Shown here one piece after another: positions 26,186 to 35,889 of a stretch of 37,562 nucleotides of DNA. Source of the stretch: a virus (lineage: Duplodnaviria > Caudoviricetes); IMG/VR virus record IMGVR_UViG_3300020045_005022, positions 1 through 37,562 of that record; one strand, written 5' to 3'. The position numbers and the translations under genes were made by a program. Position 1 is the stretch's first letter; each line of letters starts with the position of its first letter. The notes under the pieces were generated by a model. The model was not told where the DNA came from, made no database searches, and worked only from the letters and a program-made list of their open reading frames with translations.

Positions 26186-27924
26186 GCGAGCCATTAAGTT
26201 ACGCAGACTGGAAAGCGCAAAAAGAAAAGCCGCTGGATTATGCGGAGTGGAAGGCTACACAAAAAGAATTGCCTCCGGTAAACCGATTTTTGAGTGGTGT
26301 GGGTGGCGAAGTGCTTAAGGCTGGATCTGGCTTGGCCGACTTATTGCCGGAAAACGCAGCACATCAATGGCTTAAAGAAAAAAGCAAGGCAGGACTTGAT
26401 AAGGCACAGGGCGCGGCTGGAGAGATCGGCAAGTTTGTTGGGGCAACTACGCCTTATATGGCATTGCCTGGCGGTGGGATTGTTAAAACCGCGTTAATGT
26501 CTGGGGGACTATCTGGCGCGACTACCGAGGGCGATATTGGCGACCGCCTGTCAAATGCTGGGGCCACTACAGCACTAACAGCAGCAGGCGGGGCATTGAT
26601 ACCCGGCGTAAAAAAAGCTTATGACGCTGTATCGCCAATATTTACGCCACAGCGAAACGCGGTAAATAAAATTATTGCGGAATTGTCAGGTGATGGTGTG
26701 GGCGCTTTGCACATGCCTACCCGGTCAAATGTGCAGCCAGATACCATGATCGGCCCCGCCACGCCGGTGCTTTTTAAAAACGAAGGAGCGACACCGACAG
26801 CGGCAATGTTGGCGCACCTGGACGAGTCTTTGCCTGATGATGCCAGAACAGCACTTTTAAAGCTTGAAATGAATGCGAGACTGAGGAGCCCCGAGGGGTT
26901 TTTTAACCGCGACAATGCCAACGCGAAAGCCAGCTATGAAACGCTTGAAAAAATGGCGCTTCCAGAGCAGGCGGCGAATACTGCTCAGGATGCAGTAAAC
27001 GCCATTACCTCTCCGATGCGAGAGGATGCTTTTAATGCTGCTCTGTCCAACCCCACATACCAGCAGAAAATGCTTAATTATGTGGTTACTAAAGCAGATG
27101 AGCCAGGGTTCAGGGCGAGCAAGGGTGTGCCTTTAATTAATAGAGCAAAAGCTGCTCTGATATTAGATGACGCGGGAAATTCTGCGGCGCATCCGGCAGA
27201 CCTATACACGCTTAAAAAGGAATTGGCCGACAGCCTTAATCTAAAAACATTATCCCCTGACGAACTAACCAACGCGGCTAAAAGTGACAGGCGCACAGCT
27301 TACGAGATTATGCGCAATGTTGATGACAGCCTCAATGATGCGTCGGGCGGCAAGTGGGACGCTTATAATAAAAAGTATGCGGAGAAAATACAGCCGGTGG
27401 CGCAAGGCCGGGCTTTCCAGGACATTATCGACAAATTCGCTTTAAGTAAACCGATCTATGGAACGGAAACTCCGCAACTGACGGCCAGAGCATTACGAAA
27501 AGCCGTAGCCGATGAAACCTATAAAAACCTTGGGAAAAAAGGCTATGTTAGTACGATAGACGACGGCGCGAGAAGCAAAGTTGATGATGTCGTGAAAACT
27601 ATCAACGCCATAGAGCAGGCCAAGTCAGGAGGAATGGCAACGTCAGGCTCTCAGACAGTACCGTTCGCTATAAGCGTTGCTAAGTCAGGATTGCTAAATG
27701 GAACAGGTGGCGGAATACCATACAAAGCGCTACAAATTGCACATGCTATAGGCGTAACCAGGGGCGCAAGAAAGATTGATGAAGCCATGCTGAACCCTGA
27801 TAAATTACAACCTTTAATAGATGCATACAACAAGCGTTTAGCCGCACCACAGGGCAATTCAAACATTCAAGAGATCATTAGACAATTAACCCAAAAATCA
27901 CTGGCAGGGGCACAAAATGAATAA
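26182..27924 (+). CDS. Large internal virion / ejection protein
   Basis: Ala/Gly-rich N-terminus, helical body; last gene before the fibre. Confidence 0.65.
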   Translation: MSEPLSYADWKAQKEKPLDYAEWKATQKELPPVNRFLSGVGGEVLKAGSGLADLLPENAAHQWLKEKSKAGLDKAQGAAGEIGKFVGATTPYMALPGGGIVKTALMSGGLSGATTEGDIGDRLSNAGATTALTAAGGALIPGVKKAYDAVSPIFTPQRNAVNKIIAELSGDGVGALHMPTRSNVQPDTMIGPATPVLFKNEGATPTAAMLAHLDESLPDDARTALLKLEMNARLRSPEGFFNRDNANAKASYETLEKMALPEQAANTAQDAVNAITSPMREDAFNAALSNPTYQQKMLNYVVTKADEPGFRASKGVPLINRAKAALILDDAGNSAAHPADLYTLKKELADSLNLKTLSPDELTNAAKSDRRTAYEIMRNVDDSLNDASGGKWDAYNKKYAEKIQPVAQGRAFQDIIDKFALSKPIYGTETPQLTARALRKAVADETYKNLGKKGYVSTIDDGARSKVDDVVKTINAIEQAKSGGMATSGSQTVPFAISVAKSGLLNGTGGGIPYKALQIAHAIGVTRGARKIDEAMLNPDKLQPLIDAYNKRLAAPQGNSNIQEIIRQLTQKSLAGAQNE

Positions 27925-27938
27925 GGAGCAAAAATAAT

Positions 27939-28961
27939 ATGAGAAACGGAAGCGGCGTACAATCATCTCCGGGATCATCATTTCCAGCGGTTGCCAATAC
28001 GCTAATTGAATCGACCAAATTTAACAACATCATAACTGATATTAACAACGGGATAACTCAGTCTATATCTAATGACGGTCAAACTCCTATATTGGCAAAC
28101 TTGCCTATGGGCGGATTTAAGCATACGGGTGCGGCGGCAGCAATAACTAGCGGTGAATACGCTGAATATGCTCAGATGTTAGCGCGTAGAGTAAACTATA
28201 ATTTGCTAATTAATCCAGGATTTACAGTTAATCAACGTGCCTATATATCTGCCTCAGCATTAGCTTCTGGCGTGTACGGACATGACCGCTGGAAAGCTGG
28301 GGCGGGCGGCGGAGATTATTCATTTACCCAACTTAAAAGTAATACGCAAATAACCATAGCAGCTGCAAAAACATTAATCCAAGTGGTTGAGGACAAGAAC
28401 GTACAATCTTCTAGTTATGTTCTTTCTTGGGTGGGGACTGCTCAAGCTAGATATTCTGTAAACTCGGCAACCCCAGCTGGCGCATATGCAGCAAGTCCGA
28501 TAATAATAACCGGACAGACTCCTGGGGAAACCATATCGGTCGAGTTTAATTCTGGGACGCTTAGTAATGCACAGCTTGAAAGTGGAGGTGCTTCGACTAA
28601 TTTTGAATATAGGGATTACAATAAAGAACTTGAGCAATGCTTGCGATATTATTGCCAATCAATCTACCCTATTGCAGCGACACAGGATGGAATGTGGAGT
28701 TTTACAGCAATTAGCGCAACTACGGCCTGGGGCGGAAGAAATTTTCTTGTACCGATGAGAACAGCGCCTACAGTCACTTTATATAATCTTGCGGGAAGTC
28801 CGAACGGCGCATCTATTGCAAATACCGGGGTTAATCCAATAACCACTAATACTGTAAATAACCCCAATAAACTAGGAATACAAGAGATTAAATCAGATGG
28901 CGCACCCTGGATTTCTGGGCAGATAATTATATGTAACTTTACGGCCGAATCTGAATTATGA
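27939..28961 (+). CDS. Tail fibre protein
   Basis: MRNGSG...DGQT anchor; NLLINPGFTVNQR...DRW...ELEQCLRYY domain. Confidence 0.8.
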   Translation: MRNGSGVQSSPGSSFPAVANTLIESTKFNNIITDINNGITQSISNDGQTPILANLPMGGFKHTGAAAAITSGEYAEYAQMLARRVNYNLLINPGFTVNQRAYISASALASGVYGHDRWKAGAGGGDYSFTQLKSNTQITIAAAKTLIQVVEDKNVQSSSYVLSWVGTAQARYSVNSATPAGAYAASPIIITGQTPGETISVEFNSGTLSNAQLESGGASTNFEYRDYNKELEQCLRYYCQSIYPIAATQDGMWSFTAISATTAWGGRNFLVPMRTAPTVTLYNLAGSPNGASIANTGVNPITTNTVNNPNKLGIQEIKSDGAPWISGQIIICNFTAESEL

Positions 28962-29242
28962 CACTTCAACAAATTGCATATCTCAGGCAAAAACTTATCA
29001 GCCAAATAGTTGCCAAAAAGTGGCAGAATCTAAGCGATAATGATTTAGATTTAGGTTATAATTTACTGACAATACAGCAAAAACAGACCATTGCTACATC
29101 GCTCAGCAATAGCGACCATGCGGCGCTGGAATTGATCCGTGATTTTCTGATTGAGAAAATAACCATTCAGGCCGGGATAGAGGCGAATGAATTTATCACC
29201 AACAACCCCGACGCGGCTGTATTTTTCGCTAATATCATATAG
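28958..29242 (+). CDS. Hypothetical protein (possible fibre chaperone)
   Basis: ATGA-coupled to the fibre gene. Confidence 0.55.
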   Translation: MTLQQIAYLRQKLISQIVAKKWQNLSDNDLDLGYNLLTIQQKQTIATSLSNSDHAALELIRDFLIEKITIQAGIEANEFITNNPDAAVFFANII

Positions 29243-29250
29243 GACGAATC

Positions 29251-30429
29251 ATGACCGAATACAGCGACATTGTTAAACCCGCATCGAAAGCAAAATCCAC
29301 TGACATTACGAATGTAAACACCCTAGCCGACATACCCGCAGGTGTAACAGGGGTGTATCAGTTGTCGGATGGATCTTTGTATAATGTCAATGGTGATGGC
29401 CGGCAAGCTATTACTGATCTATCCAAGTCTGCAATAAACCCAGCTACTATATCTGATGGATCGCTAGTCTACGCTACTGCCGGTAAGCTTAATAATATTG
29501 TTAATGACTCTTCTGTATCGGTAGCAAGCGGTAAATTGGTTTGTACAGATGCTATTAATGCTGCTTACGTGGTGCTTGAAGCTGACGATACCATTCAGTA
29601 CATGAAGGCTGTTGTACAGTTTGATTCAGACTGTCGCGGAGCCTTTGCAATGGTTATCCCGCGTCAAGATGGAACATTTCCGGGTATTAGCGGTACTGGT
29701 AGCCCCGAGGCCGGAGTACATGCTGTATTTTCTTGCTGGTCTGGCAGTGCTGAAATAAAAACAATAGCAAGTTACGGCTATGGCGGCGCAGCGGCGGCAA
29801 TCACCGGCACAAACGGAAATATAACTGCGCCAATGGCTTTCCTAGGAGCGACAAGAACTTTCGAGCTGTTTTTTAACAAAAGAACGGGGCGAGTTGTTGT
29901 ACAAGTGGATGGAATAACCTTAGTTGATTATTTAGACCCCAGGGCTTTGTCATATATCGGTAAATATGGTATTTTTGAGTTTTACGGGGTAGCAGCTAAG
30001 AAGCCCAAAGTTATCTCAATAGAGTGCAGCTCAAAAGCACAAAGTAGCACTGACTCAATTATAAAGCTTGTAGATCAATATTTTGCAAGTGCAACGGCTA
30101 TAGCTGCATCATTTACTAATACGGATTTTACTATTGCCTCTGCTAATACAAACGAAGGAACAACTGTTGTTATGGTGTCTGCCTGGATAGATCAAACCTT
30201 AGGAGATACCACTTTTAGACTAACGGATGGTACTAACTACTCCGCGGGATCAGTTGTTGCGCGGGGGGCTTTCAATGGAAGAGTAACCTACATTGAAAGA
30301 CTGATACAGCCCCCAGCAGCTAGTAACCTAATTACCTTGCAGGCGATGAACGCATCAGGAAGCGCGACTTTTGGCGCTTTTCCTTCGGTTGGTTACTCAC
30401 AAATAACAAGCCAAGGAGCCATGCAGTAA
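29251..30429 (+). CDS. Probable second receptor-binding/structural protein
   Basis: Beta-rich, lectin-like composition. Confidence 0.55.
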   Translation: MTEYSDIVKPASKAKSTDITNVNTLADIPAGVTGVYQLSDGSLYNVNGDGRQAITDLSKSAINPATISDGSLVYATAGKLNNIVNDSSVSVASGKLVCTDAINAAYVVLEADDTIQYMKAVVQFDSDCRGAFAMVIPRQDGTFPGISGTGSPEAGVHAVFSCWSGSAEIKTIASYGYGGAAAAITGTNGNITAPMAFLGATRTFELFFNKRTGRVVVQVDGITLVDYLDPRALSYIGKYGIFEFYGVAAKKPKVISIECSSKAQSSTDSIIKLVDQYFASATAIAASFTNTDFTIASANTNEGTTVVMVSAWIDQTLGDTTFRLTDGTNYSAGSVVARGAFNGRVTYIERLIQPPAASNLITLQAMNASGSATFGAFPSVGYSQITSQGAMQ

Positions 30430-30701
30430 TGATAGAAATCTACATCTTACTAGCCTTTATGCTTGCCATCCTTGGCCTATTTGCCTGGGGCAAGATTAAC
30501 GCAAGCATTGCCACGACTGAGCGTATCAAAGCACAAGCAGCAACAGCGTCGGCGCTATCAGCCAAGGCAGCAATCGACCAGCTATCGCAAACCGCCGAAG
30601 CGCGAGACTCGGCACGGCAACGCGCCTACGTGCAGCAACGCACCGAGCAGGCCGACATCGACGTTGGAAAGCGTGACCAATTCGACACGGACGGGTTTTG
30701 A
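30429..30701 (+). CDS. Probable i-spanin (Rz-like)
   Basis: N-terminal TM helix plus Ala-rich coiled coil; followed by a lipoprotein gene. Confidence 0.65.
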   Translation: MIEIYILLAFMLAILGLFAWGKINASIATTERIKAQAATASALSAKAAIDQLSQTAEARDSARQRAYVQQRTEQADIDVGKRDQFDTDGF

Positions 30702-30702
30702 C

Positions 30703-30951
30703 ATGAAATTCTTTTTACTGACCTTAATGCTGGTGTCTTGTACGCCGGAAATCATAAAAACCGAATACGTTACCACTCCGCTCAGTCACGACGCTAGGCC
30801 GATATTGCCAAAAATCACGGCACAGGAATTGGCTTGTTTGGACAAGGTAACGTATCAAAAACTCTTTGACCGGCAACGGCTTATCACGACCTACGCCATT
30901 GACCTTGAAGCTATTATTGATAGCACTAACCCCACGGAACTAAAAAAATGA
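30703..30951 (+). CDS. Probable o-spanin lipoprotein
   Basis: MKFFLLTLMLVSC lipobox; Pro-containing body. Confidence 0.68.
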   Translation: MKFFLLTLMLVSCTPEIIKTEYVTTPLSHDARPILPKITAQELACLDKVTYQKLFDRQRLITTYAIDLEAIIDSTNPTELKK

Positions 30952-31127
30952 ACATTGTGGACTTGCTCACAACAATTAACGGCAGTATAGGACAGCTAAC
31001 AATTCTTATTCCTACAGTCTGCGGATTCTGTGCGGCTCTGGCCTCAGTGGTGCCGGAATCAACGCCGATTATCGGTCATATTCTGCATACAGTCGGGTTT
31101 AATTTTGGCAAGGCGGCTAACAAATGA
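30948..31127 (+). CDS. Probable holin (59 aa)
   Basis: Hydrophobic; ends GFNFGKAANK; ATGA-coupled both ends; below the ORF-track cutoff. Confidence 0.55.
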   Translation: MNIVDLLTTINGSIGQLTILIPTVCGFCAALASVVPESTPIIGHILHTVGFNFGKAANK

Positions 31128-31348
31128 CTGAACGCAGATTAACGCAATTTGAAACCTGCCCACGCTACGATAAACATGAGCTTTCCGAGTCGCAAATTAT
31201 TGAGATAGCAAAAAAAGCCGTACAGCTCGCGCGTGAGGACTTTTACGCGGATGTGGGCAAGTCTGTCACCAATAAGTTTTTTTGGGCGGTGGGGCTAAGT
31301 ATCGTCGGTCTGCTTGGCTGGATGACGGCCCACGGCTACATTAAATGA
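31124..31348 (+). CDS. Membrane protein of the lysis region
   Basis: C-terminal TM helix. Confidence 0.6.
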   Translation: MTERRLTQFETCPRYDKHELSESQIIEIAKKAVQLAREDFYADVGKSVTNKFFWAVGLSIVGLLGWMTAHGYIK

Positions 31349-31641
31349 CCACGGCACACTTTCAGCCGCTAACCTGGATTTGCTGGTGGCGGCTTACCGG
31401 TTGGATGGTCGGCATCCTGCGAGTGTATGCTCCTGGTGACAGTTACGCAGCATCATCAAAATATAAATTCATCACCGTCGGCGTTATCCGGCATCACGTC
31501 GTAACCATTCACGGCATGAGGTCAAGTGGCATCCGCTGGCGCGACGTTAAAGCACTGGATAAGGTTTTATTCGGCCTAGGCATAAAACAGGCCGTGTGGA
31601 CGCATGACGGCGTGACACAAAACTATACTCTGAGAGGTTGA
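31345..31641 (+). CDS. Hypothetical protein
   Basis: ATGA-coupled ORF. Confidence 0.55.
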   Translation: MTTAHFQPLTWICWWRLTGWMVGILRVYAPGDSYAASSKYKFITVGVIRHHVVTIHGMRSSGIRWRDVKALDKVLFGLGIKQAVWTHDGVTQNYTLRG

Positions 31642-31642
31642 T

Positions 31643-32206
31643 ATGATCTATATAAAATACTGGCTACTAACCTTCGTCGGCCTATTTGCAAAATATTTTA
31701 TTGCCTGGCCGCTGACTCCGTTGCTTGTTTTGTTGGTAACTAACAATAATAATCTTCCAGCGTGGTTGTCATGGTTTGACACATCAGATAATACGCTAGA
31801 CGGGGATAGCGGCTGGAAAACAGAATCGAGGCCGTACATCAATGAATCTAACCGCTATCGGCGGTATATCAATCGCTGTCATTGGCTATGGCGCAACTCT
31901 CTGTACGGATTTAGTGGAAGCGTAATGGGCGTACCGTATTGGGTTTTATGCGACTCGTTGTTTGTTGAGGGTGACGCGGCAGTAAGTAATGGGCCTCCAG
32001 GAAAATCTGGCTTAGTTAGGCGCTATTTAAAGCGCGATAACAAAATAATTGCCTTCCAGTGGTATTACATTAGGCAGTTTAAACGGTGGCCGGATAAGTG
32101 CATCAGGATAAATTTAGGCTGGAAACTATGGAGCTGGACAGGCAAGGGTACAGGCTCTGCAATGCACGTGTTCAGCCCAAGTCCTTTTATGCGCTTTACA
32201 CCATGA
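31643..32206 (+). CDS. Trp-rich membrane-anchored phage protein of unknown function
   Basis: N-terminal TM; LPAWLSWFDTSDNTLDGD, WLWRN, INLGWK. Confidence 0.7.
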   Translation: MIYIKYWLLTFVGLFAKYFIAWPLTPLLVLLVTNNNNLPAWLSWFDTSDNTLDGDSGWKTESRPYINESNRYRRYINRCHWLWRNSLYGFSGSVMGVPYWVLCDSLFVEGDAAVSNGPPGKSGLVRRYLKRDNKIIAFQWYYIRQFKRWPDKCIRINLGWKLWSWTGKGTGSAMHVFSPSPFMRFTP

Positions 32207-32301
32207 AAAAATTTATTGCCAACATCATTTTATGGGCAATTTACACGCCATTTATTATGCTGTTTTACGTAAAAATACCTCAGCTTTTTGGTAAAAAATA
32301 A
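32203..32301 (+). CDS. Single-TM peptide (32 aa)
   Basis: ATGA and TAATG coupling; hydrophobic core. Confidence 0.45.
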   Translation: MKKFIANIILWAIYTPFIMLFYVKIPQLFGKK

Positions 32302-32574
32302 TGAGTACACTGGAAAAATTAGTTGAGTTGCTAATCAAATTCGAGGGGATGCGGCTTACGGCGTACCAATGTCCGGCTGGAGTATGGACTATCGGCACTG
32401 GCATCATTCTGTTTTAACCTGGGGCGATCTAGTTACCAGTCATCAACGCTGAAAAAATCGGTCGATGCTGGAAACTGGAAAGAGGCGAGGCAGCAGTTAT
32501 TGCGTTGGGACAAATGCCGGGTTGATGGTGAGCTGGTGGCGTTGTCTGGATTTACTAATGCCGGACTCGATTGA
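32301..32574 (+). pseudogene. Disrupted GH24 lysozyme (endolysin)
   Basis: Frame 1: FEGMRLTAYQCPAGVWTIGTG, stop at 32417; +1 frame: ALASFCFNLG...STLKKSVDAGNW...LLRW; central part missing. Confidence 0.88.
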
Positions 32575-32596
32575 AAATTGATTTATAGGAACCCAT

Positions 32597-32962
32597 TCAA
32601 CTGACATTTTTAATAACCTCCGCCGTAGTTTCTCCGGTCAATCCTGATTTTGTGAATCTTACCTCAACCCTTTGATTTAGCTTCTGAAGGTGTATAACAA
32701 TATTGTCTATTTCATCATCCTCAATAATTTTATAATCGTAATTATATGACCAGGCTGGCTCTTCTACGCAAATAACCCAAAACTGGACTGAATGATCCTT
32801 ATGCTTACGTGCGATCCGCTTACCGGCAGCATAAGCAGCTTTAAGCTCGGCATATTCATCCGGCTTGGTCAGTTCCGCTATTTCACTTTTCACATTTTCA
32901 AGCAGCTTTCGCAGGTAAATAGCCTGGGTGTGCAGGTGCGTTAATTCTTCTTCTTTGTTCAT
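32597..32962 (-). CDS. Hypothetical protein
   Basis: AGGAG RBS; last gene of the leftward arm. Confidence 0.65.
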   Translation of the reverse strand: MNKEEELTHLHTQAIYLRKLLENVKSEIAELTKPDEYAELKAAYAAGKRIARKHKDHSVQFWVICVEEPAWSYNYDYKIIEDDEIDNIVIHLQKLNQRVEVRFTKSGLTGETTAEVIKNVS

Positions 32963-32963
32963 T

Positions 32964-33314
32964 TTATGCTCCTTTGGGTAGTCGTTGTTTTGAGCGTCTA
33001 AACGCTTCGGGATTAGCCTTTTGCCATTTTATGCAGCGTGCAATATGTTTTGCAGGATTAGCAGCGTAGGCCAGCCGGTCACGTAGCTTTTTGCACTCTT
33101 TACACTCACTACTAACGCCTAAATTCCTGTGATTAGCCTTGTGAAACATATCCAATGATTTAACCTCAAGGCATTTATAGCAGCGCTGTGTTTTATCAGG
33201 CTCCTCGTCTGCGTCAGGCTCTAGGCGTATTGATACAGACATCGATACACCTAGCTTGGAAAACCTTGGCGCTTGCCTGGCGTTGGTTAAAAATGACAGT
33301 TCATCTGGGCGCAT
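32964..33314 (-). CDS. CxxC-CxxC zinc-finger protein without a nuclease domain
   Basis: CYKCLEVKSLDMF...CKEC, as in N-termini of phage HNH/EndoVII proteins. Confidence 0.65.
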   Translation of the reverse strand: MRPDELSFLTNARQAPRFSKLGVSMSVSIRLEPDADEEPDKTQRCYKCLEVKSLDMFHKANHRNLGVSSECKECKKLRDRLAYAANPAKHIARCIKWQKANPEAFRRSKQRLPKGA

Positions 33315-33786
33315 AATCCCCCCTGTTGAATTGCAACATCAAGTTTGTTGATAGATTAAAAACAAACGGCTTAACATCGATGTCACGGTCAGCGGTTTGG
33401 CGTGTTCTTTGCAGGGCATTGACTACTGAGTTAATATCGATTTTCCTGATTATGTCAGCATCCCATAATTCAATGTGGTTTCCGTCGGTCATGGGCATAA
33501 AAACCCGGTGCGGCTTTGGAAATGAATCGAGCAGGGTTATTTTGTTGAGTCTAAATCGGCTTATGCCTAAATGCCTGCAAATGTCGCGCCGACTCCATTC
33601 ATTCGCCTTGGGAGGGGTCATCTTGATAAGCAGTTTGGCGGCCAATACATCCAGCTCAGCGCGAGAATAAAGCGCTGGAAGGTTTCCTCTACGGGTAGAT
33701 TTTACCTCTGCTTTTTTAAGCATCTTTCGTGCAAATTCGACTTTGAACCCGGTCAACTGCATAAAATAATCAATCGTTCGCATCAT
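33301..33786 (-). CDS. Tandem winged-HTH (Xis/AlpA-like) protein
   Basis: SRRDICRHLGISRFRL...FPKP...LW plus an N-terminal HTH-like unit. Confidence 0.6.
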   Translation of the reverse strand: MMRTIDYFMQLTGFKVEFARKMLKKAEVKSTRRGNLPALYSRAELDVLAAKLLIKMTPPKANEWSRRDICRHLGISRFRLNKITLLDSFPKPHRVFMPMTDGNHIELWDADIIRKIDINSVVNALQRTRQTADRDIDVKPFVFNLSTNLMLQFNRGDYAPR

Positions 33787-33947
33787 TTTTTATCTGCCTG
33801 CATTAAGTTTTTAGTTGAGTCCAGCACAGCAATAAGCGCCTGGGCATAACCTTCTGTTATGCCGTCTATATAAATCGCTCTAACTACATTATTGCCTGAT
33901 AAATTCATGTTCCGGTACGCTTCGCATTGTTCGTCGGTGAGGTTCAT
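33783..33947 (-). CDS. Hypothetical protein (54 aa)
   Basis: MNLTDEQCEAY...; GAGG RBS; ATGA-coupled to the next gene. Confidence 0.55.
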   Translation of the reverse strand: MNLTDEQCEAYRNMNLSGNNVVRAIYIDGITEGYAQALIAVLDSTKNLMQADKK

Positions 33948-33958
33948 TTTATGACCTC

Positions 33959-35011
33959 TTAAAATGGGCAGTCTTTTAGTAAAAAATTGGCTTCTGTTTC
34001 GCTATAGCCAGACCAAGCATCAACACCATGCACTTCAAGAAATTCTAGCCAATCAACGCGCTTTTTCATTTCCTCAAATTCAGCCTTGGGGATAGTGACC
34101 ATTTCAAGTTCTACAGTTCTTTCTGAGCCTGGCAATGCCATATCGACTAATATTTCAACTTTTGGCGGCATGTATGGCGTTTGTTCTGGCCCTGATTTAG
34201 ACGCATAATCTCCGGCCTTGATGCGGCTTTGCTCGGCATCCCATTCCCTGTCTAATTGCTGCTTTTTATCAAATTCAACTTGTCTTAACCGCATTTCTTC
34301 GTTAATCTTGGCTAGTTCTTCGGCACGCACCTTTGCCCGTTCAGCTTCAAGTTTCGCGGCTTGTTCGGCCTCTGCTTTGCTCTTGGCTTCCGATTCGATC
34401 TGCAGGCGCAAAGTTTCAGCTTGCTTGATAACGGCTTCATGAAACAGGCGCTTATCTTCAATCGCTTTCAATCTTTTAGATTCGATGCGATCCGCTTCGG
34501 CCTTCGCCTTTCTCAGCACAAACAGTTCATCGAGGTTTAGCGCATCATCCCAATCTATCAAATAATTGGCCTCTTCTAATCTCAGTCTTTCGCGCTCGTC
34601 CTGCTCGTCTTTTATGCGCTTTTGCTCGGTCTCGTACTCAGTCAAAGGTTTTCGGTGATAAGCGGCAACCTCTCTTAAGCATGACTCAAAAGTTTTTCTA
34701 AAATAGATGTCTTTGTTGATAACCTTTTTCGCCTCCGCAGCCAAGGCAATCGATGCGTTATTAGCGGGTGTGATGCACTTAATAATGCTCATTGAGTGCG
34801 AAGCGCACGCCTTTCGGCCTTTGTCATTGCTCACGTCGAACACCATAAAGCCAGCCTGGGCGCTTATCATATCGGCCAGTTTTTCAGGCTCAGCGTGATA
34901 TTTTTCCACGTCTGAAATATGAATTATGATGGCTGGGGCAGTTTCTGTTTTAGCCATGATGTTTTGCGGCAATATCTCGCCGGTTTCTGGATCAATTTTT
35001 AATGCGCTCAT
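33959..35011 (-). CDS. Coiled-coil protein of lambdoid recombination regions
   Basis: DVSNDKGRKACAS...RKPLTEYE and a long E/K/A/R coiled coil. Confidence 0.7.
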   Translation of the reverse strand: MSALKIDPETGEILPQNIMAKTETAPAIIIHISDVEKYHAEPEKLADMISAQAGFMVFDVSNDKGRKACASHSMSIIKCITPANNASIALAAEAKKVINKDIYFRKTFESCLREVAAYHRKPLTEYETEQKRIKDEQDERERLRLEEANYLIDWDDALNLDELFVLRKAKAEADRIESKRLKAIEDKRLFHEAVIKQAETLRLQIESEAKSKAEAEQAAKLEAERAKVRAEELAKINEEMRLRQVEFDKKQQLDREWDAEQSRIKAGDYASKSGPEQTPYMPPKVEILVDMALPGSERTVELEMVTIPKAEFEEMKKRVDWLEFLEVHGVDAWSGYSETEANFLLKDCPF

Positions 35012-35587
35012 TTATGCGGCCTCTTTTTGTTGTGCAAATGTCTTGCTTTTTGAGGTGGCGATTTCAGTAAGTTCTTTTTTCAAATGCTGTGGAAATGTCG
35101 GAAATAATGCGCGCAACTCGTTAATGTTTTTTGCCGAGTCGATAGCCGATTTATAGTCAACAACAGGATGTTGAATGGGATGTTGTTTTGTGCTTGGTTG
35201 TGATGCTGCATTGCCGTCGTCATCGTCCGCAGCAATCCCGGTCATAGCACTAAATGCATATCTTCTTGCATATTGAATGCAGCTTCCAAATGCTTGTGGG
35301 TCATTTTTTAATGGGGATATTGGGTATTTTCCGCTAATCCACTCTCCAGACGTGTGCATTAGCATGGTTTCTAAAACAACTCCTAAAGAATCGTTTATGT
35401 CGAGAACCTGAACAACCGAAAGACCATTCATAGATAATGGTGCTTTTGCAGCATCGATACAGTTTGCAAGGTCTGCATATTTGCTTTTATAAAATGGGTT
35501 ATTTACGTCTTTCTTTGCATGTTCAAATTCACCTTGTGCCTTGCTTAATGCCGAAGCAAGTTCTTTTATACTTTCGCTTTTGTTCAT
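35012..35587 (-). CDS. erf: ERF-family ssDNA annealing protein
   Basis: NPFYKSKYADL, HTSGEW, GSCIQYARRY, DDDGN. Confidence 0.93.
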   Translation of the reverse strand: MNKSESIKELASALSKAQGEFEHAKKDVNNPFYKSKYADLANCIDAAKAPLSMNGLSVVQVLDINDSLGVVLETMLMHTSGEWISGKYPISPLKNDPQAFGSCIQYARRYAFSAMTGIAADDDDGNAASQPSTKQHPIQHPVVDYKSAIDSAKNINELRALFPTFPQHLKKELTEIATSKSKTFAQQKEAA

Positions 35588-35591
35588 ATTT

Positions 35592-35735
35592 TTATCCCCC
35601 GGTATAATGGCCGCTGGCCTCTGCTTGTGCGTAGCATTGGCCGTATTTCTCAATGTAATATTTGTTTTGTAACCTTGGTGCGCGTCCCCGGTCAAAGTCG
35701 ATGCGTGCCAATGTAACCATAATCCACCTAATCAC
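35592..35735 (-). CDS. Hypothetical protein (47 aa)
   Basis: GTGA-coupled ORF filling the gap before erf. Confidence 0.5.
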   Translation of the reverse strand: MIRWIMVTLARIDFDRGRAPRLQNKYYIEKYGQCYAQAEASGHYTGG

Positions 35736-35869
35736 TTTTTAACCCCTATCGTTTGTGACCGTCCATCTTTCCTGTAAATCGCAAATTTTGCGTGTGGTAG
35801 ATACGTGTCCACTGTCCAGCCGTCAAGCTCAAGCCGGTGACACTCGGCTGTAAATTGTTTTATGCTCAT
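35732..35869 (-). CDS. Hypothetical protein (45 aa)
   Basis: AGGGGG RBS before MSIKQF. Confidence 0.55.
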   Translation of the reverse strand: MSIKQFTAECHRLELDGWTVDTYLPHAKFAIYRKDGRSQTIGVKK

Positions 35870-35889
35870 AAATCCCCCTAAAATTAAAT

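Noticed and set aside
27939-30429. Diversity-generating retroelement or invertible fibre system
   Set aside because: No reverse transcriptase, invertase or template/variable repeat pair seen
32395-32417. Programmed frameshift restoring the endolysin
   Set aside because: No slippery site is evident, and the joined product would still lack the central region
33306-33333. dif-like XerC arm TGGGCGCATAA suggesting Xer-mediated integration
   Set aside because: No XerD arm at the required 6-bp spacing, and it lies inside overlapping coding sequence
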